In this document: positions 38,276 to 47,799 of the stretch, piece after piece
How positions within the stretch are numbered: position 1 is the first letter of the stretch
How the letters are laid out: each line of letters begins with the position of its first letter
From: a virus
Lineage: Duplodnaviria > Heunggongvirae > Uroviricota > Caudoviricetes
Virus record (IMG/VR): IMGVR_UViG_3300013005_000022
Location: 1 to 54,442 of that record
Reading direction: 5' to 3' (one strand)
DNA: 54,442 nucleotides
Position numbers and translations under genes: made by a program
Notes under the pieces: model-generated
Seen by the model: the letters and a program-made list of their open reading frames with translations, nothing else
Database searches by the model: none
Told to the model about the DNA's origin: nothing

Positions 38276-38677
38276 ATGTACGCAATTAAAACATATTCTG
38301 AATTCATAAACGAAGGTAAGTCTTCAAACTTCAATAGAACTTATACTATGGGTTCTACCTGGTGGGCTTTATGGAAAAAAGAAAACAAAGAAGATTTTGA
38401 TATAAAGCAAGATGCTTTTACCAAAACTTTTGAGGTTTATACGAAAGATAAAGAACCCAAATTAAAATTTGTTTTTGATTACGGACGAAATGTAGTTTTT
38501 ACCAACGATTCTCCTAAAATGTTTGAATTGGGAAGAATTAAACCTGCTGCTAAAGCAAGTGCAGAAGAGACCGATGCAGAAACTGGTAAAAAAGAAGTAA
38601 TTCCTGGAGCTGAAACCCCTAAAGAGGCAGAAGCCGAAGGGGAATTAACTACTGATAAAACCGAAGAAGAAGAATAA
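38276..38677 (+). CDS. Putative internal head protein with acidic tail
   Basis: MYAIKTYSEFINE leader. Confidence 0.7.
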   Translation: MYAIKTYSEFINEGKSSNFNRTYTMGSTWWALWKKENKEDFDIKQDAFTKTFEVYTKDKEPKLKFVFDYGRNVVFTNDSPKMFELGRIKPAAKASAEETDAETGKKEVIPGAETPKEAEAEGELTTDKTEEEE

Positions 38678-38699
38678 ATAATAAAATACTACAATATCA

Positions 38700-39575
38700 A
38701 TGAATCATTTACCAACATACTCGGATTTTATTCTAGGTCCTCCAATTGCTTTTGACGGAAACGGATTAAGAGTTGGACAATCAATAGTTGCTGCCGATGG
38801 TTATTCCGGTATTATAGTTTCAAGAGAAATGGTTAACGGACAAATTATGTTCAGAGATCATTTAGGTGTACATCATTTAGTTGAGGCTTGTGATGTTGTT
38901 ATCGATGAAGCTATTAATGAAGACCTTCAATGGTGGGAAGTAACCAAAGGGATACTTGCTGCTGATGCAATTAAAAGCGGAATGGCTATTGCCGGTGGAG
39001 GACTTGCAGTTGCTGCATTAATGTTCTCTAATTGGTTTCATAATATCACTTCAAAAATGGCAACTGCTAGAAAAGATGCTAAATTAAAAGCTGCCGCTGA
39101 AGCAATTGCAGTTAAATTTAATGAAGATACTGAATTAAATGGAATGATGAAAAAACTTCAACAATTCCCTTATATGAAACCTCTTATGGCTTCGAAAAGA
39201 GAAGCTGCTAAGATTGCTGCCAATAACAAAGAAAGATCAAAAGTCTTAAGAGAAATTGCTAAATATGTAAAATCTAAATTAACTCCAGAAGAAACTGAAT
39301 TCTTTGTTGAAGTTAATAAAATACTTAAATCTCAACCACTAGCTACTAATGATGGAGAGAAAGTAGAAGAAGATTTGCAACAAATGGCTGATGCTGTTTT
39401 AGATCCATCTAATTCTAATGCAGAATCTTCTATTAATAAAGATCCAAATAGAACTGTTGGTACCGGAACTTATACTTCCACAACCTCAGATCCAAATCCA
39501 ACAACTAAAGGTTTATTCAAAACTACTGATTCTGCATCCGGTGGTTGGAGTCCTTTTTTGACTACTTCTAATTAA
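38700..39575 (+). CDS. Putative internal head protein with hydrophobic Gly/Ala segment
   Basis: MNHLPTYSDFI leader. AINE site followed by GILAADAIKSGMAIAGGGLAVAALMF. Confidence 0.65.
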   Translation: MNHLPTYSDFILGPPIAFDGNGLRVGQSIVAADGYSGIIVSREMVNGQIMFRDHLGVHHLVEACDVVIDEAINEDLQWWEVTKGILAADAIKSGMAIAGGGLAVAALMFSNWFHNITSKMATARKDAKLKAAAEAIAVKFNEDTELNGMMKKLQQFPYMKPLMASKREAAKIAANNKERSKVLREIAKYVKSKLTPEETEFFVEVNKILKSQPLATNDGEKVEEDLQQMADAVLDPSNSNAESSINKDPNRTVGTGTYTSTTSDPNPTTKGLFKTTDSASGGWSPFLTTSN

Positions 39576-39625
39576 TATTATCGAATAAAGATAAATATAA
39601 AAACAAAAATAAAAACAAACTAAAC

Positions 39626-39928
39626 ATGAAAAACTTAATGTCTTTTGACGAATATGTCGTTAACGAAGCTGCTAAGAATGATGCTGCTGGTTTCAACCCA
39701 GAAAAAGAAACTACTAGCGACGAATTCAACCAAGAATTAACTCCTGGTAAAAAATACAATGTTAAAAAAGGAGAAGAAACTTCTCTTTGCATTTATCAAG
39801 GAAACACTGATGGTGTTTATGTATTCAATCCAGAAGCTAAAGAAGAAGGTGTAGTTACTGCTCCATGTGAATACACTGAAGCTGAACTTGATGCTGCTAT
39901 GAAAGCTGGTGAAATCACTGCTGCTTAA
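39626..39928 (+). CDS. Putative internal head protein (one copy of L.PG..Y...YQG..G..IFN domain)
   Basis: MKNLMSFDEYVVNE leader. Confidence 0.7.
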   Translation: MKNLMSFDEYVVNEAAKNDAAGFNPEKETTSDEFNQELTPGKKYNVKKGEETSLCIYQGNTDGVYVFNPEAKEEGVVTAPCEYTEAELDAAMKAGEITAA

Positions 39929-39949
39929 TTAAAAACTAAAAAATTCTCT

Positions 39950-40522
39950 ATGAAGAATCTTAAAACATTTGCTGAATTCGTATTAGAATCTCAGGAATTT
40001 GATCCTGCTAAAACGACTGATATTGATGTTCTTTTACCTGCTATTAAATCTGCTTCAGAGCTAATGCCTGGTAAAGAATACGTTATCAATCTTGACGGTA
40101 AGACTCATGCCAATATGATGTATCAAGGTGTATCTGATGGTAATTACATCTTCAACTCTGAAGATATGAAAACCACATTAAACCTTAATACTGAACAAAT
40201 CAGTGGTGCCGTTTCAGTTGGAGGAGTTCAACAAGTAAACGAATCTAAATCTTATAAAGGAAGAGAAGTTTTCCCTAATTGGATTAATCCTAGTAGAGAT
40301 TTTGGTGCTCCAGTTAGTAAGACAAAAGATCTTAAACCTGGTGCTGAATATATCCTTTGGGAACCTGGAATGGACGTTTGGCAAGCTGAATGGATCTATC
40401 AAGGTTATACCGGTGGAAAACATATATTCAATGATTCTAATAAAGAAGCAGATCCTATGGTATTCACTCAATCTGAATTAGAAGAATACATTACAAGTGG
40501 TGACGTTATAAAGCAAAACTAA
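39950..40522 (+). CDS. Putative internal head protein (two copies of the same domain)
   Basis: MKNLKTFAEFVLE leader. LMPGKEY...YQGVSDGNYIFN and LKPGAEY...YQGYTGGKHIFN. Confidence 0.7.
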   Translation: MKNLKTFAEFVLESQEFDPAKTTDIDVLLPAIKSASELMPGKEYVINLDGKTHANMMYQGVSDGNYIFNSEDMKTTLNLNTEQISGAVSVGGVQQVNESKSYKGREVFPNWINPSRDFGAPVSKTKDLKPGAEYILWEPGMDVWQAEWIYQGYTGGKHIFNDSNKEADPMVFTQSELEEYITSGDVIKQN

Positions 40523-40537
40523 TAACGTCTAACATGT

Positions 40538-41017
40538 ATGCGCTCAATAAAAGGAAACAAACCAACTAAGAAATCAGGTTTCGTTCAAGGATATTTCCCT
40601 ATCCTAGAGTGCAAGAAATACTTCGGTAATGGACCAATCATTTACCGATCATCATGGGAAAAGAAATTTTGCTTATATTGTGAAAGGAATCCGGAGATCA
40701 TACAGTGGTCTTCGGAATCGCTTTCTATTAAATATTTCAATCCTCTCGACGAAAAATATCATACATATTTCCCAGATTTCGTTGTTAGAACAGCAGATGG
40801 AAGAACCATCATTGTTGAGGTTAAACCTAAGGCTCAATTAAAGAAGCCTAATCCTCCTAAAAGAAAAACTCCAAAACAAATTGAAAGTTATAAATGGGCA
40901 TATTCGGCATTTGTTACGAATATGTGTAAGAAGAAGTATGCTGAAGAGTTTGCTAAAAATAGAGGTTGGGAGTATATGTTGGTAACTGAAGATTTTTTCG
41001 CAAAAACTATTAATTAA
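40538..41017 (+). CDS. gp4: Head completion nuclease (T4 gp4-like, TnsA-type fold)
   Basis: IYRSSWE, WSSE, YFPDF, EVKP and GWEYMLVTE motifs. Confidence 0.9.
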   Translation: MRSIKGNKPTKKSGFVQGYFPILECKKYFGNGPIIYRSSWEKKFCLYCERNPEIIQWSSESLSIKYFNPLDEKYHTYFPDFVVRTADGRTIIVEVKPKAQLKKPNPPKRKTPKQIESYKWAYSAFVTNMCKKKYAEEFAKNRGWEYMLVTEDFFAKTIN

Positions 41018-41745
41018 TGAAAGCGCTTATAGATGTATTTGAAATGCTCATTGGTCTTATCAGATTACAAGGGAATGAGAATCCAGAGACACCTCAATCA
41101 GAAGGTATTGATGATGCGTATCAATGGTTTCTAAATACTCTAAAAGACGTTCGAAATAAGAGAGTATCAGAAACAAACGATAATGCACTTAAGCCCGGAA
41201 AGATTTATGTTTTTCGATACGATCCGAAATTTAAGAATGTATTAGATTATTATGACATGAATCCAATCGTTATTGCTTTAGGTCAAGTGATGACAGAAAA
41301 TGGAAAGTTAGAAGTTGGTTTAAATATTAGTTGGTATCCACCTAAAGCTAGAAAATATATTATTGGAAAGATACGAGAGATGTATAAACCCATATATGAG
41401 GCTGCCATTAAAAGATCACCATACAATGGCCAAGAGCAAGCATTCGTTCCTATTGATCTTTATGCACTTAAAGTTGCATTAGATAAAGCTGGACTTTCAT
41501 GGGCAATACGAACATATATACCAGATCTTATAAAGACAAAAGTTGTTGTTTGTTATGAAGACTGGGAAATCGTTTCTCGAATGGATAAACCGAAAATTAT
41601 CCCTCAATTTCAAGGTAAAATTTCTTTATTTGATGTATATAAAGGATTCGAATTATATGTGAGAGATCAAACTACTAATGCCGCTAAGAATGCACAGAAA
41701 AGAGAGAAGGCGAAAAAACTAAATAGATATAAATTCATAAAATAA
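41017..41745 (+). CDS. gp2: DNA end protector protein (T4 gp2-like)
   Basis: PGKIY.F.YDPK...L.YYD..P.V....GLN...PP..R, next to gp4. Confidence 0.8.
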   Translation: MKALIDVFEMLIGLIRLQGNENPETPQSEGIDDAYQWFLNTLKDVRNKRVSETNDNALKPGKIYVFRYDPKFKNVLDYYDMNPIVIALGQVMTENGKLEVGLNISWYPPKARKYIIGKIREMYKPIYEAAIKRSPYNGQEQAFVPIDLYALKVALDKAGLSWAIRTYIPDLIKTKVVVCYEDWEIVSRMDKPKIIPQFQGKISLFDVYKGFELYVRDQTTNAAKNAQKREKAKKLNRYKFIK

Positions 41746-41776
41746 TTAGTTGAAGCTAATATGGCTAACTATCAGC

Positions 41777-41795
41777 GAATAAATAATAAAATACT
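41777..41795 (+). promoter_or_regulatory. Late-promoter-like motif before portal (identical 19-mer at 38672-38690)
   Basis: GAATAAATAATAAAATACT occurs at both sites. Confidence 0.55.
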
Positions 41796-41808
41796 CAAAT
41801 AAACTAAT

Positions 41809-43425
41809 ATGGCAGGATTCGTAAATAGAGAGGAGACTTACGCAGGTAAACCATCCGCATCTTCAAGAAATGTCGTTTCTAAAGCTCTTAAATCGTTATC
41901 ATCTTTTGGGATGATGTACGATGATATGGTGCTTAGAAACTCAAAAGCCATAGGTATCAATGAAGACCGATTCGGTTGGAGACTAGATCCAAGAAATGCA
42001 GCCGGTGGTGAATATGACGATTATGCTCTATTTGCTAACCTTTCAATGACAGATATTAATCTGCGTAAAAGTATTTCTATTTTTGACAAATCTTATATTA
42101 AAAAGAGAGAAGATCTTAGAAAATTCTCTATCCAAGATGAAATTGAAGAGATTCTCGATACCTTATGTGACGAATGTATCGTCTATGACGAAAAAAATTA
42201 CTTCTGTACACCATTAACTTTTGATGATCAGACACTAGAACCAGAAACTTTAGAGGCTGTTAAGTACGCTTTAGATACAAACTTTAAAAGAGTTTACCAG
42301 TACTTTGGCTTCAATAATGATATTTCTGCTTGGTCTTATTTTCGTAAATGGTTAATTGATGGATATCTCGCATTCGAGATTATCTATAATAAAGAACAAA
42401 CAAGAATTATCGGTTTCAAAGAACTTGATCCAGTATCTTTAGAACCAGGTCTTGATAAAGAAGGTAAGAAAATTTGGAAACAATTTAAAGCTCAACCTGG
42501 TAAAGAAAGAGTTATTTATGACTCACAGCTAATCTACCTTTCATATGCACATGCCAATACCGTAAGTCGTGTTTCTTATGTAGAACGTCTTATTCGTGCA
42601 TTCAACTTGCTTCGTATTATGGAGCACTCAAGAGTTATTTGGGCTACTGTTAATGCCTCATTCAAAACTAAATTCGTTATTCCTGTCGGTGGTAAATCTA
42701 AAACCAGAGCTCGTCAAAGCTTAGGTGTTCTGATGCAAAATTACCGAGAGAATATTGATTTTGATACTGAATCCGGAGAACTTAAAGTTAATGGTAAACC
42801 AATGATGCCTTTCAACAAAGAGTATTGGTTACCTTCTGGGGAAGCTGGTGAACCTACTATCGAGAATATTGGTAATGATGGTCCAGACTTATCAGATACA
42901 GATGCTCTTAAATATTTCCGTGAGAAACTAATTAAAGTATCTAAAATTCCACTTTCTCGTTTTGATATGGAATCTCCTCCATCATGGGAAATGAATGCTG
43001 AAGGTATGACAAGAGATGAAATTAAATTTGGTCGTTTTGTTAATCGTATGCGTTCAGTTTATCAAGAAATCTTGGTAAAACCTTTATGGATTCAAATGTG
43101 TTTAGACTTTCCAGAACTTAAAGATGATGATGCTTTTAAGGCACAAATTGGAATTAAGTTCAATAAATATAACATCTTTGAAGAGATGAAAGAGATTGAA
43201 ATCCTTCAAAAACGATTAGATTTTGTTACTTCAATGAAAGATGGTCTTGTAGAAACCGATGCTAATATGAACGAAATTAAATACTTTGCTTCGGAATTCT
43301 TAATTCAACGTTTCCTTGGTTTATCATCAGATGATATCCGAACCAACAAGAAAATGAAAGAATTAGAAGACGAAGAAAAACTAGCAGCCGCTAAGAAAGC
43401 CGCTGAAGCAACTGGTGGATTCTAA
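41809..43425 (+). CDS. gp20: Portal protein (T4 gp20-like)
   Basis: FR.W.IDG.L.F, ELDP..L, LR.ME...I....A......IPVG, YWLP, DALKYF.EKL.....IP.SR, RDE.KF..F. Confidence 0.95.
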   Translation: MAGFVNREETYAGKPSASSRNVVSKALKSLSSFGMMYDDMVLRNSKAIGINEDRFGWRLDPRNAAGGEYDDYALFANLSMTDINLRKSISIFDKSYIKKREDLRKFSIQDEIEEILDTLCDECIVYDEKNYFCTPLTFDDQTLEPETLEAVKYALDTNFKRVYQYFGFNNDISAWSYFRKWLIDGYLAFEIIYNKEQTRIIGFKELDPVSLEPGLDKEGKKIWKQFKAQPGKERVIYDSQLIYLSYAHANTVSRVSYVERLIRAFNLLRIMEHSRVIWATVNASFKTKFVIPVGGKSKTRARQSLGVLMQNYRENIDFDTESGELKVNGKPMMPFNKEYWLPSGEAGEPTIENIGNDGPDLSDTDALKYFREKLIKVSKIPLSRFDMESPPSWEMNAEGMTRDEIKFGRFVNRMRSVYQEILVKPLWIQMCLDFPELKDDDAFKAQIGIKFNKYNIFEEMKEIEILQKRLDFVTSMKDGLVETDANMNEIKYFASEFLIQRFLGLSSDDIRTNKKMKELEDEEKLAAAKKAAEATGGF

Positions 43426-43439
43426 TCATAATAAACATA

Positions 43440-43450
43440 GATATATAAAA
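43440..43450 (+). promoter_or_regulatory. Late-promoter-like motif
   Basis: GATATATAAAA before the protease-scaffold gene. Confidence 0.5.
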
Positions 43451-43466
43451 AAATCAACTAAGTAAA

Positions 43467-45371
43467 ATGAGTCAAAAATATTTGCTCGTACTGGAAAGAT
43501 CCTCTTCTGAATTAGACATCAAAACAGAAGGTGATAATTACGTTCTAGAAGGAATCTTTACAGAGATCGGCGTTAAAAACAAAAACAATCGTATTTACGA
43601 TGAAAAAGAAGTTCTTCCTCACATAGATGAACTTTTACAAAAGGTAAAAGGGAGTAAACTTTTAGGAGAATTAGATCATCCAAAATCTTTTGAAGTTTCT
43701 TTAAAAAATGCATCACATGTTATTGAAGCATTAGATTACGACAAAAACACCAAAAAAGTAATGGGTAGAATTCGTCTACTTAATACTAGTGCTGGTAAAG
43801 AAGCAAAAGCATTAGTTGATGCTGGTATTCCTTTACATATTTCTAGTCGTGCTGCTGGTGTAGTTGAGAATAATGGTCACGTTAAAATCAAAAAAATGTT
43901 TACTTACGATTTAGTTGCAGATCCTGGATTTGCTAATGCTGAATTATCAAGAGTAAATGAAGCATTTGGATTTGAGATGGATGATACATTAGGACTTTAT
44001 GAAATACCTTATGATTCTAAGTTAGCTGAGTCTTTCGAAGATCATGATAAAATTGATGAAAACAAACAAACTCAAAACATAAACAAATCTTCAAAAATGA
44101 ATACAACGGAGAACATTTCAGTTGAAGATTTTAACGAATATACAAAAATCGTTAAAAACGAAATTGAAAACCTTAAAAAACAAATCGCTGAGAGTAACAC
44201 TGATGCTGTAACAGAGAGTAATGAATCTTTGGTTAAGTATACCGAAACTATCGCAAAAAGAGTAAATCAAATCCAAGAAAACCTAGGTTCTTTAAAAGAG
44301 AATTTCGATCACTTGGTATCACACAATGATTACATCGTAGAAAACCTTGAAAAGGTTAAAGATTACGCTGAAATGGTTGGTGAGAAATCAAATCAAGGAA
44401 TTAACTATTCAGAAAAACTTGCTGAATCAGTTGACCACTTAATTGAGTACACTAAAATGGTTGCTGAAAAAGCAGATCATGGAATCTCTTATACTGAGAG
44501 AATCGCTGAATCTCTTGATTCTTCAATCGAATATCAAAACCACGTTACCAAAGAAGTTAATGAGCGTTTTGCTTACCAAACTTACATCAACGAACAAGTT
44601 GATAACATCATTTCCCATACAGATTATATCGTTGAAGGTTGTGATTCTATTATCAAGTACACTGAGTACTTAAAAGAGAACCAATCAAGTTTAACTGGTT
44701 ATATGGACTATGTAGTTAAAGGAATTAACGAAGGAAAAGTTATTACTAACGATCCTACAGACGATAATAAATCAGAAAACGGAAACGAAGATGATTCTAA
44801 AGTAAATGAAGGTGCTGATGCTACTGCTTCTACTGCTACAACTGCTGACGAATTTGAAAAAGAAATTAACTCTAAAGTTGATGCTATTTTAGAATCCGCT
44901 AAAGCTCAAAAAGATGAAGTTAAAAAATCTAAAATGCATTTCTTTAATTTCTTAGCAGAATCAAAAAGAAACGAATTTGAAGCGTTAAATCCTGAAATGC
45001 AAGAAAAAATCGTTGGTCTTTTCGAGTCTACTAAATGGTACGGTTCAACTGATGCTAATAACATTTGGGAATCTGCTTTCGCTAAACCAGTTGCTAAAAA
45101 TGATTGGTTAGCTAATATGCCAAATCGTTATGCTGAAGCTTGGAATTCATTAAACGAATCACAAAAGAATGCTATTAAAGCTCAAGCTTCGGTAAGAGTT
45201 CTTGATACACAATATCAAATCGATTCTTTCTGGTCATCTAGAGATTTAAGAGTTACTAAAGTAGAATCTACTACTCCTGTTGCTCCAATCAACGAATCAT
45301 CTAAGTACGAAACTCCAACTGAATACATGGATACTGTAGCTGCTGAATTAAAAAGAAGATTCAAAAGATAA
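43467..45371 (+). CDS. gp21: Prohead protease (gp21-like) fused to scaffold/core protein (gp22-like)
   Basis: LEGIF...N.NNR.Y, GELDHP, ISSRAAG, YDLVADP protease motifs, then about 470 aa of acidic coiled coil. Confidence 0.88.
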   Translation: MSQKYLLVLERSSSELDIKTEGDNYVLEGIFTEIGVKNKNNRIYDEKEVLPHIDELLQKVKGSKLLGELDHPKSFEVSLKNASHVIEALDYDKNTKKVMGRIRLLNTSAGKEAKALVDAGIPLHISSRAAGVVENNGHVKIKKMFTYDLVADPGFANAELSRVNEAFGFEMDDTLGLYEIPYDSKLAESFEDHDKIDENKQTQNINKSSKMNTTENISVEDFNEYTKIVKNEIENLKKQIAESNTDAVTESNESLVKYTETIAKRVNQIQENLGSLKENFDHLVSHNDYIVENLEKVKDYAEMVGEKSNQGINYSEKLAESVDHLIEYTKMVAEKADHGISYTERIAESLDSSIEYQNHVTKEVNERFAYQTYINEQVDNIISHTDYIVEGCDSIIKYTEYLKENQSSLTGYMDYVVKGINEGKVITNDPTDDNKSENGNEDDSKVNEGADATASTATTADEFEKEINSKVDAILESAKAQKDEVKKSKMHFFNFLAESKRNEFEALNPEMQEKIVGLFESTKWYGSTDANNIWESAFAKPVAKNDWLANMPNRYAEAWNSLNESQKNAIKAQASVRVLDTQYQIDSFWSSRDLRVTKVESTTPVAPINESSKYETPTEYMDTVAAELKRRFKR

Positions 45372-45389
45372 AATATCCAAGAGATCTTA

Positions 45390-45397
45390 GATAAATA
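45390..45397 (+). promoter_or_regulatory. Late-promoter-like motif for major capsid gene
   Basis: GATAAATA about 80 nt upstream of gp23. Confidence 0.55.
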
Positions 45398-45479
45398 GAT
45401 TATAATATTCCGCAACACTAAGATGCAAAAAGTGTAAAGGAAAACAAAACAATAAAACAACAAAAATAAACATTTAAAA

Positions 45480-47099
45480 ATGTACTTAATTAACGAAAGT
45501 GAAATTTTTTCAAAATGGGCTCCAATTATCGAGTCTAATACTGGAATCACTGAGCGTTCTAGAGTTGAGTGGATGTCAAAATATTGCCATAACCACGAAT
45601 TATATGAGAACAACTCATATGCTCAACTAGGCGCTGTGAACGGTATGGGTGCTACTCGTTTCCCTGGAAACCCTGGTACTCAAGATGCTTTTGACACTCA
45701 AACTACAGGTTCTGGTGATAAAGCTCACACATTGCTACCTCTTGCTATGCAAGTTGCAGCTCAAACAATCGGATTGGACTTAGTTCCAGTTGTGCCAATG
45801 CCTGGTCCAATGGGTGTTTTAACTTATTTGGATTTCGTATATGCTGGTGGTAAAACTGCTGGTACTGGTGCTGATGTTCCTTTGATGGTTAAATTGAACT
45901 ACGGTTCTAACACAATCCCAGGATTCACAGTAGGTGGTTCAGGTGCTTCAGGTGGTGCTACTTTCTACATGGTAGGTTCTTCTCGTCTTGACGGTATGCC
46001 AATCTTACGTGTTGCTGGTACTCTAACAGGTTCTAACACAATCGTAGATTGCTTAACTAACATCACAATCGGTGGAGCTTCTGCTGGTACTACTTCTAAC
46101 TATTCAGTTGAATTAGTTAAAGCTCTAGAAGATCACATCACTGGTTTCTCTGGTCAAGCTCTTGCTAACAACGACTACACTGGATTCGATATTAACGATC
46201 CATATAGCCGTAACGAAGGTGAAAGTACTGCAGATAACGTAATGAACTTAAGTCTATTCAACAAATCAGTTGAAGCTAAGACTTTCCAAGTTGCTGCTGC
46301 TGTTACTCGTGAGCAAGTTCAAGACTTGAAACAATTCGGTATCGATGCTGTATCTCAAGTAGAAGCAGTTCTTATCAACGAATTAACTCAATCAATCAAC
46401 AAGAACATTCTTGCTCGTATCTTCGCTCTAGGAGAAAGAAACCACGAATACGTAATCCGTACTCAAGGTCAAAACTTCTTCTTGAACTTAGGTGCTACTG
46501 CTGCTCTAGTTTCTTCAACTAGCACTAACTCTCCTGCATCTAACTTCGGTGCTTACATTCAATCAACTACTTTACGTGGTGCTACTATGGCTGCGACTGA
46601 AAACGTTAACTCTGCTTCAGAAAACTTACATACTCGTCAACGTAAAATTATGTCTAAAGTATTAGCTATCGCTAACTTAATCGCTATTAGAGGTCGTCGT
46701 GGACCAGCTACTTTCGTAGTTACTAACGGTCAAGTTTGTTCAGCTTTACAAGACGTTGCTGGATTCGTACCTGCTCCAATGGCTAACACAATTAACCAAA
46801 TGAGTGGTTCACTTTACCCAATCGGTACTTTAGCTGGTTTGGCAGTGTATAACGATCCAAACATGAACTGGTCAGATACTCGTATGTGTATCGGACGTAA
46901 AGGTGACGGTAACTCTCCAGGGTTAGTGTTCATGCCTTACTTAATGGCTGAAAGTGTTCAAACTATCGCTGAAGGTACTATGGCTCCTAAAGTTGCGGTT
47001 AAATCTCGTTACGCTTTAGTTGAAGCTGGTTTCCACCCAGAAACTATGTACTTAACTTCAGGTGTATCGTTGAACAACGCATTCGGTTCACTTGCTTAA
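45480..47099 (+). CDS. gp23: Major capsid protein (T4 gp23-like)
   Basis: KWAP.IE, GLDLVPV.PM.GP.G.L..L, VEAKT, E..QDL...GID, E..Q.IN, PY........G...PK.A.KSRY. Strong high-expression codon bias. Confidence 0.96.
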   Translation: MYLINESEIFSKWAPIIESNTGITERSRVEWMSKYCHNHELYENNSYAQLGAVNGMGATRFPGNPGTQDAFDTQTTGSGDKAHTLLPLAMQVAAQTIGLDLVPVVPMPGPMGVLTYLDFVYAGGKTAGTGADVPLMVKLNYGSNTIPGFTVGGSGASGGATFYMVGSSRLDGMPILRVAGTLTGSNTIVDCLTNITIGGASAGTTSNYSVELVKALEDHITGFSGQALANNDYTGFDINDPYSRNEGESTADNVMNLSLFNKSVEAKTFQVAAAVTREQVQDLKQFGIDAVSQVEAVLINELTQSINKNILARIFALGERNHEYVIRTQGQNFFLNLGATAALVSSTSTNSPASNFGAYIQSTTLRGATMAATENVNSASENLHTRQRKIMSKVLAIANLIAIRGRRGPATFVVTNGQVCSALQDVAGFVPAPMANTINQMSGSLYPIGTLAGLAVYNDPNMNWSDTRMCIGRKGDGNSPGLVFMPYLMAESVQTIAEGTMAPKVAVKSRYALVEAGFHPETMYLTSGVSLNNAFGSLA

Positions 47100-47124
47100 T
47101 CTTTAAACGATTAACATATTTCTT

Positions 47125-47154
47125 AAAGAGCTTCCTTCGGGAAGCTCTTTTTTT
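47125..47154 (+). terminator. Intrinsic terminator after major capsid gene
   Basis: AAAGAGCTTCC-TTCG-GGAAGCTCTTT plus T run. Confidence 0.92.
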
Positions 47155-47171
47155 GTTTGTTGTCTTTTCAT

Positions 47172-47184
47172 GAATATATAAATA
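47172..47184 (+). promoter_or_regulatory. Late promoter after gp23 terminator
   Basis: GAATATATAAATA contains exact TATAAATA (47177-47184). Confidence 0.6.
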
Positions 47185-47205
47185 AAATACGATCATATAA
47201 TTGAA

Positions 47206-47781
47206 ATGATATATCCTAGTCAAGCAATACAAATCAGACCTGATCTAAAGGATTATAGAGATCTTTGTTCTAAATTCGGTTATCAACCGACTAAAGAGGA
47301 ATATGAAGAAACTCTTAAATTCCTTTTGCTATTCCATACAGGAATCGGTCATACATGTGAATCCCATGAAGTAGATTTTTTCTATCATGAAATGGAGATG
47401 CATTTATTAGAAAACAATCTTAATCAAGATCTTTTTGAATCCGCAGTTTTAAATGAAGAGCCTCATGCATTTGCAGATCCTGCTTCGGAAAAAGATACTG
47501 CTTTAGGTCTTATAACTGCTGCCGGAGTTGGTGCTGCTGGTCTTGGTGCTGCCGCCGCTGTTGGTGTTGGAATGTTTATTTCCTACCTTATGAAAAAAGG
47601 TAAAGTGAAATCTGCAGTTAAAACTGAATTAGCCGGTATGATGAAGAAATTAGAGCCTTACCAATTAATATACAAAAAGAGAGAAGAACTTTCCAAATTA
47701 AAAGGAGAAACTTTCGATGGAATTGGTAAGTTACCTGGTGTTTCTGAAGCACCGCCAATGGAAGAAAAGCCAGAAAAATAA
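47206..47781 (+). CDS. Hypothetical protein with glycine-zipper hydrophobic segment
   Basis: LGLITAAGVGAAGLGAAAAVGVGMFISYLM after a VLNE site. Confidence 0.65.
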   Translation: MIYPSQAIQIRPDLKDYRDLCSKFGYQPTKEEYEETLKFLLLFHTGIGHTCESHEVDFFYHEMEMHLLENNLNQDLFESAVLNEEPHAFADPASEKDTALGLITAAGVGAAGLGAAAAVGVGMFISYLMKKGKVKSAVKTELAGMMKKLEPYQLIYKKREELSKLKGETFDGIGKLPGVSEAPPMEEKPEK

Positions 47782-47799
47782 TTCAAAAAGAGCTTATAA

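Noticed and set aside
41761-41802. 13-codon ORF before the portal gene
   Set aside because: It is too short, overlaps the promoter-like motif and has no supporting features.
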